Shown here: positions 1 to 8,804 of the stretch, piece after piece
Layout of the letters: every line of letters begins with the position of its first letter
How positions within the stretch are numbered: the stretch's first letter is position 1
Assembly: GCA_042218075.1 (NCBI GenBank)
Contig: JBDGRK010000010.1
Span: forward strand, 1-52,009
From: Candidatus Nanohaloarchaea archaeon
GTDB lineage: Archaea; Nanohalarchaeota; Nanosalinia; Nanosalinales; Nanosalinaceae
DNA: 52,009 nucleotides
Reading direction: 5' to 3'
Translations under genes and position numbers: made by a program
Notes under the pieces: generated by a model
Databases searched by the model: none
Seen by the model: the letters and a program-made list of their open reading frames with translations, nothing else
What the model was told of the DNA's origin: nothing

Positions 1-38
1 ATAATTCTTACCAAGGCGCGCTGGAATTTAAGGGTGAG

Positions 39-54
39 CTTACCTAACGGTCAG
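39..54. promoter_or_regulatory. Palindromic operator site (CTWAC-N6-GTWAG family)
   Basis: GAGCTTAC-CTAACG-GTCAGCTC at 36-57. On the minus strand it lies 7 nt upstream of TTAAAT, which would serve the next gene outside the window. Confidence 0.6.
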
Positions 55-1138
55 CTCCTATTTTCTCCTCGAGCTTCCTGATCGCTCTACCTGGCTCTTC
101 GGTTTCCTGTATGTAGGAGCCGGAGACGAAGAGGTCTGCTCCTGCTTGTCGAAGGTCGGCTGCGTTTTCAGGTGTCACGTGTCCATCGACCTCGATGCTT
201 ACCTCGGGATGAGATTCCTTCACTCTCTCGATTCTGGATATCATTTCTTCGTGGAACTCGGAGCCGTAGCTACCCGGGTCAACTGTCATGATCTGGACCA
301 GATCTACCATGTGAACGTATTCCATTACCTGCTCCACTTCAGTTTCCGGGTTGATAGCTATCCCTGCTTCCTTACCCTCTGACTTCAGGAATTCAATAAC
401 AGCTTCGGGATCATCCTCTGATTCGACGTGGAAGTTGAAACGCCTGAAGTCTTCCAAGTTATCTTCTATCCATTCGAGAGGTCTTTCCACCATCAGGTGA
501 GCCTCGTATCTCTGGTATTCCGGCAGCTCAAACTCAAAATAGAGAGATGTATTTTCCACAAAACTACCATCTTCCACGTCTACATGGAAAATCTGTGAGT
601 ACCTGAGAACCTTTTCAAACTCTCTCTCCAGCTCTTCCTGTTTCTCGGCAAGTATGGCTGGCAGAACCTCCGGCTCTTTTTTATTCTCGTAGAGGCATAC
701 CTCGGTCAGTCTTCTCCGATGTCTCTCCTCTCCTGTAAACTCGGTTTGGAGCCATCTCTCCACCTGCTCATGTGCTTCATCTTCCGCCAGGAATGCTGCT
801 CCCAGCGACAGCACGTTTGCATTGTTATGTTTCCTTGAAAGCTCGATTATCTCCGGGTTTCCACCGTAGTAGAGTGCTGCTCTAATACCTTCAACCTTGT
901 TGGCAGCCAGGGCTTCTCCCTGGCCCGAGTGACCCAGCACAATCCCGAAGGCGTTCTCCTCTTCCGACACTTTCTCCGCAGTCTTGATTATATACTCCGG
1001 GTAGTCATCCTTGTCGTCATAGCTATCAGGCCCCTGATCCACCACTTCATAGCCATTCTCACGGAGAAAGTTCTTCAGAGAGTTCTTCAGTTCAAAACCT
1101 GCGTGGTCCGATCCTATGAATATCTTCGGCTTCTCCAT
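44..1138 (-). CDS. rpiB-rpe: Fused ribose-5-phosphate isomerase B / ribulose-phosphate 3-epimerase
   Basis: N-terminal half has RpiB motifs GSDHAG, GHSGQGE, HNNAN and RHRRR. C-terminal half has Rpe motifs HVDVEDG, HLMV, MTVDPG, EVDG and VSGS. Start placed at ATG 1138 (MEKPKIF) behind a TTTAAA box. Confidence 0.9.
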   Translation of the reverse strand: MEKPKIFIGSDHAGFELKNSLKNFLRENGYEVVDQGPDSYDDKDDYPEYIIKTAEKVSEEENAFGIVLGHSGQGEALAANKVEGIRAALYYGGNPEIIELSRKHNNANVLSLGAAFLAEDEAHEQVERWLQTEFTGEERHRRRLTEVCLYENKKEPEVLPAILAEKQEELEREFEKVLRYSQIFHVDVEDGSFVENTSLYFEFELPEYQRYEAHLMVERPLEWIEDNLEDFRRFNFHVESEDDPEAVIEFLKSEGKEAGIAINPETEVEQVMEYVHMVDLVQIMTVDPGSYGSEFHEEMISRIERVKESHPEVSIEVDGHVTPENAADLRQAGADLFVSGSYIQETEEPGRAIRKLEEKIGADR

Positions 1139-1176
1139 GATTAAAACAAAAGCTCGTTTCGATTTAAAGCTGCCAG

Positions 1177-1192
1177 GTAACCTAACAGTTAG
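1177..1192. promoter_or_regulatory. Palindromic operator site between divergent rpiB-rpe and dsrE
   Basis: GTAAC-CTAACA-GTTAG, nearly identical to the site at 39-54 including the spacer. Confidence 0.6.
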
Positions 1193-1228
1193 CTTTCGAA
1201 ATATAGGAGTGAGGCAGAACAGTCCTGT

Positions 1229-1570
1229 ATGACTAAAGCGGCTATCGTGATTCTGGCAGGTACTGATGGACATGAAAATATGGCAAGGGTGACAAACGCA
1301 CTACAGGCAGCGAAAGAGTTCAAGCAAGCTGGTGACGAGCTTGAGCTGATCTTCGACGGTGCAGGAACACAGTGGATAGAAAAACTGGAAAATCAGGACC
1401 ACGATCTACACGAAGTATATTCGCAGGTTTCCGAAGATTCTAAGGCATGCAGCTTCTGCTCCTCGGCCTTTGAAGCAGACATAGGAGAAGTCGAAGAGTC
1501 TGGTGAATATAAAGGTCATCCAAGCTTCAGGGAAATGGTTGATGAAGGCTACGAAGTGATGACATTCTAG
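1229..1570 (+). CDS. DsrE/DsrF-like family protein
   Basis: Beta-alpha pattern with IFDGAGTQW and a CSFC motif, typical of DsrE-like sulfur-transfer proteins. Confidence 0.75.
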   Translation: MTKAAIVILAGTDGHENMARVTNALQAAKEFKQAGDELELIFDGAGTQWIEKLENQDHDLHEVYSQVSEDSKACSFCSSAFEADIGEVEESGEYKGHPSFREMVDEGYEVMTF

Positions 1571-1586
1571 AAAAGAAAGCTGGGAG

Positions 1587-1823
1587 TCAGGCTTTAGCTT
1601 CCAGGCCTGACTTTATATCCTCCACTACCTTTCCTACATTCAGAAAATCATTTTCCTCCGTGAAGACGGTCTCGCCCTCCATACTTACCTCCATAGAGCA
1701 GCTGCCGCACTCAACTGTTTGAATATCTTCCATCTCGATTCCTGCCCTGCTCGCCAGCTCCCGCTCGATCTTTTCAACAAGGCTTTGGTCTCCACAGACG
1801 CCGCAGTAACGTATCTCGATCAT
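1587..1823 (-). CDS. Rdx (SelW/SelT-like) small thioredoxin-fold protein
   Basis: N-terminal IEIRYCGVCG motif, later MEVSMEGETVF strand pair. Strong SD GGAGGTGA upstream. Confidence 0.65.
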   Translation of the reverse strand: MIEIRYCGVCGDQSLVEKIERELASRAGIEMEDIQTVECGSCSMEVSMEGETVFTEENDFLNVGKVVEDIKSGLEAKA

Positions 1824-1917
1824 CTATTTCACCTCCTGTCCCATTAATAGCTTTATACACCTAAAAAAGGCTAGCTGAGCTCCAACTCGGTTACTCTGAA
1901 CTCATCTAAAAACTTGA

Positions 1918-2256
1918 TCAGACTATATCTGCGTTCTCCGTTCCCCAGTCCTTCATCGCCATAACTACAGGCCTCAGGGATTCTCCTCTGCCGGTTAGAG
2001 AGTACCTCACCTTCTTCGGCTTCTCGCTCACGATCTCCTTCTGGACAATATCTTTCTGCTGGAGGTCTTCAAGGCTTTCTGACAGTACCTTATCCGAGAT
2101 TTTGTGGACTTCTCTCTTCAGCTCGTTGAAACCCATCGATCCCTGCATCAGCCTGTGTACGATCACCGGGTGCCACTTCCTCCCAAGAAGTTCGGAGGTA
2201 ACAGTAATCGGACACCATTCCTCTGCCTCGCACCACTCCGGCATCTGTCGGCTCAT
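1918..2256 (-). CDS. HxlR/DUF24 family winged-helix transcriptional regulator
   Basis: WCPITVTSELLGRKWHPVI, FNELKR, ISDKVLSESL, VRYSLTGRGESL. Start placed at ATG 2256 (MSRQMPEW). Confidence 0.9.
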   Translation of the reverse strand: MSRQMPEWCEAEEWCPITVTSELLGRKWHPVIVHRLMQGSMGFNELKREVHKISDKVLSESLEDLQQKDIVQKEIVSEKPKKVRYSLTGRGESLRPVVMAMKDWGTENADIV

Positions 2257-2289
2257 GTATAGAATTTCAGAACGCACCTTTAACATTCT

Positions 2290-2985
2290 TTACATCAGGT
2301 TCGCCGCCAAGATGATTCCCAGGTAGATCAGGACTCCAAGCAGGTACTCCAGGGGCTTGCCTTTTTTCCCCTCTGGAATGGAATCCCTCACCGCAACGTA
2401 AAAGAACATCCCGATCACTGATCCGAAAACCGGGTTGAATAATCGGTCAGATACAAGTCCGGAGGAGAAAAACATTACTCCCAGTACAGGCGCCAGGGAT
2501 ATTGAAATCTTAAGTCCCAGATTTTTCGAGATGCTCTCGTGCAGCTCGTTGAGTGAAAAGCTGCTGACCGCGACGTGAATCAGGATCGGTACGTAGAAAA
2601 GGATGCCTGAGACAGCGCTCTCCTCCAGCAGAGAGGCGATCAGGTAGCCTATAGCTGTGTGGTAGAAAAAGAGGAAGGAATAATGTAGATCCGCGTAGTC
2701 CTTCCTGAGCTGGATGCCGCTGACATCAGATTTCGCCAGGTACTTCTCGATGAGATGAAGGCTGGAGAACCCGATCAAGGGAAACGCAAAGATCATCTCC
2801 GAGGATTCTGAAACAATAGAATGGAACTCTGGAAGCAGCTGGACGAAAACATAGGAGATCGATACACCAGCCCCGAATGAGATTATTTCCTCCTTGAAGC
2901 CCTCAGTGTAGGATTCTATCTCCTCTACCAGGAAATGAACCCCAGCCATTATGGAGGCGAGCGCGAAGGCAAGCTGGAGCTCCAT
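2290..2985 (-). CDS. Multi-pass membrane protein, possibly a ZIP-like metal transporter
   Basis: About 7-8 hydrophobic segments, with GVSISYVFVQLLPE, intramembrane His residues and C-terminal DSIPE. Confidence 0.55.
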   Translation of the reverse strand: MELQLAFALASIMAGVHFLVEEIESYTEGFKEEIISFGAGVSISYVFVQLLPEFHSIVSESSEMIFAFPLIGFSSLHLIEKYLAKSDVSGIQLRKDYADLHYSFLFFYHTAIGYLIASLLEESAVSGILFYVPILIHVAVSSFSLNELHESISKNLGLKISISLAPVLGVMFFSSGLVSDRLFNPVFGSVIGMFFYVAVRDSIPEGKKGKPLEYLLGVLIYLGIILAANLM

Positions 2986-3033
2986 GATATCCTTTTAGCT
3001 AATTTACCTTATTCAGGTTTAAAACTTCAGAAG

Positions 3034-4101
3034 CTAGAGCCAGTGCTTCCTCAGCAGAAGATACCTTTTCTCAACACCGAGGCTTCTCAGCAGTGAAGGA
3101 AAAAGGCCTCTCATGCAGAAATTTCCGATTTCCATGGCCGAGTCTCGACTGCCCAGGTAGATGATTTCTGGATCGTATGGAATACTTCTCTGCTTCAACT
3201 CTGCTTCCTCAGACTTCATACTGATATTCTCCGCCGCCACTTTTGCCTCGAAAATCCCGTAGAGAGCCCTGTTGACCTTTCCCTCGTAGGAACAGCAGTC
3301 ACCAGCCGCAAACACATTCTCCCTCGAGGTCTGCTGGTACTCATCGACTCTGACGCCTCCCCGATCACATTCTAGATCAAGCTGATCGACCAGGCTGCAG
3401 GGCCTGACACCGCCTGCCCATAGAACTATATCAGCTTCAACTTCATCTCCAGATTCCAGCTCCACCGCAGGATTTCCAACCTCGATAGCTTTCTCCCCGA
3501 GGAACAGCTCCACACCTTTCTTTCTCAGAGACTTTTCAGCGCTCCTGCCCAGCTTTTCATGGTTAGAGGGAAGAAGCCTCTCCGAGCCGTGTATCAGCTT
3601 TAAATCGAAATCATGCTCATCCGATACCTCAAGAAGGGAGGCAGCGGCCTCGACGCCTGTCGCCCCTCCCCCCACTATCGCAACCGAGTCAGCCTCGCCC
3701 TCTGAAAGCTTTCTGTAGATTTGCTGCGGGTTCTCCCTGAACCTCATCGTGTCAGCTCTCTCGTGGCCTGGAGTGTCGTAGAACTCCGTCTCCGATCCTG
3801 CCGCGAGCACCAGGTAATCGTATTCCAGCTCTTCACCTTCTTCAGTATACACCCTGTTTTCACCAAATTTTACACCCTCGGCTTTCTGCCTGACCTGCTC
3901 GATGTTCCTTCCCCTGAACTTTCTCCCGTAATCTATCGTGAACTCCTCATGGGAGCTGCCCTCCAGGAGTCGGTGGGCGGATGGATAGAAAAGCATCGAA
4001 TCCTTTGGCTCAACCACAGTTACACTGAAACCTTTCCTCTCGCACCTGAGAGCGGTTTCCAGCCCCGCAATGCCTCCACCAATAACCACTACTTTCTCCA
4101 T
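3034..4101 (-). CDS. NAD(P)/FAD-dependent oxidoreductase, type II NADH dehydrogenase-like
   Basis: Two Rossmann motifs (VVVIGGGIAG and AIVGGGATGVE), plus YDYLVLAAGS, WAGGV and VFAAGD. Start at ATG 4101. Confidence 0.75.
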   Translation of the reverse strand: MEKVVVIGGGIAGLETALRCERKGFSVTVVEPKDSMLFYPSAHRLLEGSSHEEFTIDYGRKFRGRNIEQVRQKAEGVKFGENRVYTEEGEELEYDYLVLAAGSETEFYDTPGHERADTMRFRENPQQIYRKLSEGEADSVAIVGGGATGVEAAASLLEVSDEHDFDLKLIHGSERLLPSNHEKLGRSAEKSLRKKGVELFLGEKAIEVGNPAVELESGDEVEADIVLWAGGVRPCSLVDQLDLECDRGGVRVDEYQQTSRENVFAAGDCCSYEGKVNRALYGIFEAKVAAENISMKSEEAELKQRSIPYDPEIIYLGSRDSAMEIGNFCMRGLFPSLLRSLGVEKRYLLLRKHWL

Positions 4102-4138
4102 GTAGACCTCTGATCTCACAGGGTTTTTGAAATCGGAG

Positions 4139-4182
4139 CTTCCAGCAAGGTAAGTACAGGATAAAACCTACCGCGAGGTAAT
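4139..4182. promoter_or_regulatory. Two operator sites between the divergent NDH-2-like and mqo genes
   Basis: CTTCC-AGCAAG-GTAAG at 4139-4154 and CCTAC-CGCGAG-GTAAT at 4167-4182. Confidence 0.55.
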
Positions 4183-4219
4183 TACCGATCTTAAGAATCC
4201 GTCCGACTATATGATCAAT

Positions 4220-5557
4220 ATGGCGCAGGAGAAAGAGGAATACGAAGTCGTCATCATAGGAGGCGGCATAGTGGGTGCGGCGTTGCTCTACACCCTGTCC
4301 AACTTCACGGATATTGAAAACATTCTGCTAATCGAAAAGGAAGAACAGATAGCGGAGATCAACTCCCACCACACCAACAACTCGCAGACCCTCCACTTCG
4401 GCGATATAGAGACCAATTACTCGCTGGAAAAGGCGGAGGAGGTGAAAGAGGGAGCTGAGATGGTCACAGGATACCTTGAGAAGAGAGACCCGGAGAGGGA
4501 GATGCACTCGAAGAGATCGAAGATGGTGCTGGCTGTAGGGGAAGCAGAGGTAGAAAAACTGGAGGAAAGATGGGAGGAGGGCTTCGGCGACCTATACCCC
4601 AAGCTTGAGAAGATAAGAAACCAGGAGATAGCAGAAATAGAACCAGCCGTGGTGGAGGGAAGGGAAGAAGAGGAAATGCTGGCGCTCCAGACACCCGACG
4701 GTTACATCGTGGATTACGGGGAAGTGGCGAGGTCATTCTTGGAAGATAATGCTGAAAGAGCAGAGGTATCTCTCGGGGAAAAAGTTGAAGATATAGAGAG
4801 ACAGGATGGGAAGTACAGCATAGAAACAGATGAGAGGGAAATCGAGGCTGAAGTCGCTGTGGTCAGCGCGGGTCCGCAGACACTGAAGTTCGCGAAGCAG
4901 ATGGGATACGGCGGGGAAAAATCCATGCTGCCGATAGCTGGAAGCTTCTTCCTGGCGGAGAACGGTTATCTTAATGGAAAAGTGTATACACTGCAGATGA
5001 AGGGGCTCCCTTTCGCCGCTGTCCATGGTGATTCGGATGTACACGACCAGGACATCACCAGGTTCGGGCCCACGGCCAAGCTTGTCCCCACGCTGGAGCG
5101 CGGAAAATTTTCGACTATACCCGGATTCTTCTCCGCATTCAACTTTGATCTCAACGGAATCCTGAGCTACCTTAACGTGCTCTACGACAGGACCCTGTTC
5201 TCCTACGTGGTGAAGAACCTGATCTACGATCTACCCATGATTGGAAGACTGGCCTTCCTTCCAAACGTGAAGAAAGTGGTGCCAAAAGCAGGATTCTTCG
5301 ACATAAAGAGAGCGGAAGGTTACGGAGGGGTCAGGCCCCAGATAGTGGACACTGAGAGGAGAAGCCTGGATCTCGGGGAGGCGAAGATAGTCGAGGATGA
5401 TATAATCTTCAATATCACACCCTCACCGGGGGCATCGACATGCCTCAAGAACGCCAGGAAGGACACCGAGACAATAATAGAATTCCTTGATGGAGACTAC
5501 AGCTTCGACAGAGAGGGATTCGAAAAGGAGACGCTTGGCAACTTCCCGAGAGAGTAA
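4220..5557 (+). CDS. mqo: Malate:quinone oxidoreductase-like FAD-dependent oxidoreductase
   Basis: IIGGGIVG, NSHHTNNSQTLHFGDIETNY, LPFAAVHGD, RFGPTA, GYGGVRPQ and NITPSPGASTCL match the Helicobacter/haloarchaeal Mqo type. Alternative start at 4211. Confidence 0.8.
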   Translation: MAQEKEEYEVVIIGGGIVGAALLYTLSNFTDIENILLIEKEEQIAEINSHHTNNSQTLHFGDIETNYSLEKAEEVKEGAEMVTGYLEKRDPEREMHSKRSKMVLAVGEAEVEKLEERWEEGFGDLYPKLEKIRNQEIAEIEPAVVEGREEEEMLALQTPDGYIVDYGEVARSFLEDNAERAEVSLGEKVEDIERQDGKYSIETDEREIEAEVAVVSAGPQTLKFAKQMGYGGEKSMLPIAGSFFLAENGYLNGKVYTLQMKGLPFAAVHGDSDVHDQDITRFGPTAKLVPTLERGKFSTIPGFFSAFNFDLNGILSYLNVLYDRTLFSYVVKNLIYDLPMIGRLAFLPNVKKVVPKAGFFDIKRAEGYGGVRPQIVDTERRSLDLGEAKIVEDDIIFNITPSPGASTCLKNARKDTETIIEFLDGDYSFDREGFEKETLGNFPRE

Positions 5558-5592
5558 ACGTTTTCAAAAAGAAAAAGAAGAAAAGAGAAATT

Positions 5593-6051
5593 TTACTCCA
5601 GCTGACTTCTGACCGGCGGGTAACTCGCTCCAAGAACCGCTCCGTAGATCAGGTGTCCTACTAGCCCAATCGGACTGAAGTTTGGAGCGCTGGGAGCCTT
5701 GGGGAAACCGACGCTTGATAGCCAGATCGGCATCAGGATCGCTGCAAGAACCACTGTGGTCAGTACACCGTATCCTATTCCCCAGACAGCCGATTTCTCC
5801 ACCTCGTCGAGATGGTGTCCGTAACCTGTTCCCGATACTATAAGGGCGTAAACCACTCCAAGGATCGCTCCGTGGATCAGGTGGATGGCTCCTCCAAGCA
5901 CCAGGTTGGGTCCTGAGAAGCCGTAGAGGGCTGGAATAGCGCCCGCGATAACTCCCTGGTTTCCGATGGCAATAAAGAAAGCTCCGAAAGCCACGGCACC
6001 CAGGGCGCCAGCCAGGGCGCTGCTGATAACTTCTTCAGTGTCTATATCTAT
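5593..6051 (-). CDS. Four-helix membrane protein of a haloarchaeal type, probable ATA start
   Basis: Hydrophobic helices with HLIHGAILG and GHLIYGAVLG. The frame is open upstream of GTG 5994 to an ATA at 6051 behind SD GAGGTGA, which restores the first helix. Confidence 0.7.
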   Translation of the reverse strand: MDIDTEEVISSALAGALGAVAFGAFFIAIGNQGVIAGAIPALYGFSGPNLVLGGAIHLIHGAILGVVYALIVSGTGYGHHLDEVEKSAVWGIGYGVLTTVVLAAILMPIWLSSVGFPKAPSAPNFSPIGLVGHLIYGAVLGASYPPVRSQLE

Positions 6052-6095
6052 TGTATCACCTCAAGATTAATGCGTCCTGTTATTTCAATTCGGGG

Positions 6096-6111
6096 CTTTC
6101 CCGGAGGTAAG
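6096..6111. promoter_or_regulatory. Palindromic operator site
   Basis: GCTTTC-CCGGAG-GTAAGC between divergent genes. Confidence 0.55.
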
Positions 6112-6154
6112 CAAGTCTGGAAGCTTTTTTAGAGGGAATGAGCAAAACTTTATC

Positions 6155-6490
6155 ATGAAAACCGTATTCCACCTGAGCAGTTCTGATAAATCCAAGCATG
6201 GAGAGGTAATAGGAAATATTCAAAACCTTATAGAGGATGAAACGGTTGAGACGGAGGAGATAGCGGTCCTGATGAACGCCGAGGGGATATCGATGGCTCT
6301 GGAAGACTCGGAGGCTGCCGAGCATATACAGGATCTGCCGGAAAAGGTGAAGTTCTACCTCTGCAGCAACTCGGTCGAAAACATGGGCGGTGAAGAGGAA
6401 GACTTTATAGATAGAGCCGAACTAGTGTCATCGGGCGTCGGCAAGCTGACAGAACTACAGGATGAAGGTTACAGCTATATCAGGCCGTGA
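6155..6490 (+). CDS. DsrE family protein
   Basis: KTVFHL, NIQNL, FYLCSNS, VSSGVGKLTELQDEGYSYIRP. Confidence 0.85.
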   Translation: MKTVFHLSSSDKSKHGEVIGNIQNLIEDETVETEEIAVLMNAEGISMALEDSEAAEHIQDLPEKVKFYLCSNSVENMGGEEEDFIDRAELVSSGVGKLTELQDEGYSYIRP

Positions 6491-6498
6491 TCAAGAGG

Positions 6499-7119
6499 AT
6501 GGAGATAATCGATATATCACTCAAGATAGAGGAGGGAATGCCTGTCTACCCCGGGAACCCGGATCCTGAAATAGAAAGATACCGGCAGATACCTGAAGAC
6601 TCGACCACTGAATCAGAGATAACTATCGGGAGCCACACCGGAACTCATGTAGACGCCCCACAGCACGTGATGGAGGAAGGTGAAACAGTTGCGGAGATGG
6701 AGCTGGAAAACTTCTACGGTGATGCAAGAGTGCTGGAGCTGACCGACTGCACCGAGAAAGTGGATAGAGAAGATCTGGAAGAAAAGCAGCTTGACTCGGG
6801 CATAATCCTGCTAAAGACTGAGAACTCAAAGATAGGGTATGAAGAGTTCAGGAAGGACTTCACCTACCTCACCCTTGATGCGGTCGAGTACCTGATAGAG
6901 CAGGGAGTGAAAACGGTTGGAATCGACTACCTCAGCCTAGTAAACTTCGAGGATTCGGAAAAGGCGGATAGAGCCCACAGGAAGGCCAACGAGAGGATGA
7001 CAGTGATTGAAGGGCTGAACCTGAGCGAAGTGGAGCCTGGAGTTTACACTTTCAGCGGTTTTCCACTGAGGATGGATACCGATGGAGCACCGATGAGAGC
7101 CGTTTTGATCAGGGATTAA
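6499..7119 (+). CDS. Cyclase family metal-dependent hydrolase (kynurenine formamidase KynB-like)
   Basis: HTGTHVDAP motif, GIDYLS, IEGL, DGAPMRAV. Start is ATG 6499 or GTG 6487. Confidence 0.9.
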   Translation: MEIIDISLKIEEGMPVYPGNPDPEIERYRQIPEDSTTESEITIGSHTGTHVDAPQHVMEEGETVAEMELENFYGDARVLELTDCTEKVDREDLEEKQLDSGIILLKTENSKIGYEEFRKDFTYLTLDAVEYLIEQGVKTVGIDYLSLVNFEDSEKADRAHRKANERMTVIEGLNLSEVEPGVYTFSGFPLRMDTDGAPMRAVLIRD

Positions 7120-7783
7120 CCATTCTGACCAGAGAAGATTTTCCGAAAATATCCATACTGAAAACAAAATCCTGATATGCCTCTGGAGGAATAGAGATGT
7201 CCGCTATCCAGACCTCTCCAGAGTTATTTTCATCCAACCCATCGAAGGGAGCTGCGAGCGTAACCGTATAGTCAGGCTCCACAGCCGGAACTGTCTTCTC
7301 GCCTGTATCCGGATCCAGACCTGCTGGAATATCTATGGATATAACAGTGTTATGCGAGTTGATTTCCTCTATCATCGAATCGAAAGGAGGTCTGGGATCT
7401 CCCTCTAAATTGTAGCCTATCAGGCCTTCCAATACAACTTCACATTCCTTCTCCGCTGACTGATCGGATATCTTCACGTCCAGATTCTCAAGTATCAGGA
7501 GCTCTTGCTTCCTTATGCCATCAAGTTCTCTCGTGGCAAGAACCACCTCCACATCGTAGCCCCATAGATAGAGTCTTCTGGCTGCGGCGAGAGCATCTCC
7601 ACCGTTGTTCCCCTTTCCCGCATATACAGCTATCGATTCCGGATCAATCTCCCTCCTCACAAACTCAGCGATTTGAAAACCCGCGTTCTCCATCATTCTC
7701 GAAATAGTTATACCGTATTCCTCGGGCACTTTCTCGTCGATTCTCTCCATCTGCTCCCTGGAGACGTAATCGATCTCAACCAC
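7109..7783 (-). CDS. nnrE: NAD(P)H-hydrate epimerase (YjeF-N)
   Basis: MMENAG, GKGNNGGDAL, SIDIPAG, TVTL, ADISIP. Start is GTG 7783 or possibly ATC 7774. Confidence 0.9.
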   Translation of the reverse strand: MVEIDYVSREQMERIDEKVPEEYGITISRMMENAGFQIAEFVRREIDPESIAVYAGKGNNGGDALAAARRLYLWGYDVEVVLATRELDGIRKQELLILENLDVKISDQSAEKECEVVLEGLIGYNLEGDPRPPFDSMIEEINSHNTVISIDIPAGLDPDTGEKTVPAVEPDYTVTLAAPFDGLDENNSGEVWIADISIPPEAYQDFVFSMDIFGKSSLVRMVNP

Positions 7784-7940
7784 CCCTCTCTATCGATTTC
7801 CTGGTCACGCTGTGCTGGCACCTGTTCTCCCTCTCACAGTAGCTCTCGCATTCCTCCGCCACCTGCCTCTCCCGGTAGTGAAGCCCACAGCACTCACAGT
7901 AGAAAGCCTTTTCGCCCTCGTATTTTTCCCTCTCTACCAT
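7776..7940 (-). CDS. Cys-rich 54-aa microprotein (not in ORF track)
   Basis: MVEREKYEGEKAFYCECCGLHYRERQVAEECESYCERENRCQHSVTRKSIERGG. It fills the gap between the SDR and nnrE genes on the same strand. Confidence 0.75.
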   Translation of the reverse strand: MVEREKYEGEKAFYCECCGLHYRERQVAEECESYCERENRCQHSVTRKSIERGG

Positions 7941-7970
7941 AGGCTGGATTTCCTTCCACCAGTAAAAAAT

Positions 7971-8768
7971 CTATGGTTTAAAAGCGTTCTCTATATCAAA
8001 TATCCTGCCCGGATTATCCGACACTCCGTAGATCTGGTGGTAGCCTTGCCTCTCATCGAGGTCGCAGGTCAGTATCTTCTCGAGAAGTCTTCCGAGATCC
8101 CTGTGGCTCCAGTAGAGGCTGGAGAAGTATGGCTCGCCTTCCATCTCCTGCACGTCTTCTTCATTCACTCCTCCTATCCTGATGCTGACGCCTACTTGGA
8201 TGTCGCCGTTCTCGGTCGCCTCTCGAGTCGCTCTCTCTGTGATAACCTTCGACCATCCGTAAGGCGAATCGGGATCTTCCTCTCTCGGGTCTAGGAGCTT
8301 GGAAGGCTTATCCTTCCTTAGATCGAAATCCGAGGCGGGGTCTATACTGCTGCTGTAGGGCTCCGGCGTCTTCTCCAGGGAACCATCCACAGTGTAGGCG
8401 TCTATGCTGCCTGTTCCAGCGTGGATCGATGAGCCGTTTATGAAGATCGGTACCCCTGCCTCTCTGGCCGCTTCGATCACATTCTCGAAGATCTCCATGT
8501 TGCCCTCCCAGGCAGAGTGAGTGTCGAAGTTCTCCTCGGGTATGTTCCAGGCGAGATGGAATACTGCATCTACATCCTCAAGCAGCTCTTCCAGCCTCTC
8601 AAAAGCGTCCTCGTCAAGCAGGTCTATGGACTCTGTATCTGTGAAGCATTCATTGTCCTCGATATTTCTGCTGACCCCGATGACCTCGTGGCCTCTGCCG
8701 CAGAGATATTCTGAGGCAGCCTCTCCTACTGTTCCGTTGGCACCTGTTATTAGCATCTTTCTCGTCAT
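7971..8768 (-). CDS. NAD-dependent epimerase/dehydratase (extended SDR)
   Basis: ITGANGTVG, FHLAW, SSIHA and catalytic YGWSK. Confidence 0.85.
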   Translation of the reverse strand: MTRKMLITGANGTVGEAASEYLCGRGHEVIGVSRNIEDNECFTDTESIDLLDEDAFERLEELLEDVDAVFHLAWNIPEENFDTHSAWEGNMEIFENVIEAAREAGVPIFINGSSIHAGTGSIDAYTVDGSLEKTPEPYSSSIDPASDFDLRKDKPSKLLDPREEDPDSPYGWSKVITERATREATENGDIQVGVSIRIGGVNEEDVQEMEGEPYFSSLYWSHRDLGRLLEKILTCDLDERQGYHQIYGVSDNPGRIFDIENAFKP

Positions 8769-8804
8769 AGTATCAGTACCTTCCAGACAGCGGTTTACAC
8801 TACT

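Noticed and set aside
1879-1894. Additional regulon site upstream of the Rdx gene (GCTCC-AACTCG-GTTAC)
   Set aside because: Only one half-site matches and the spacing to the TATA box differs, so it was not counted.
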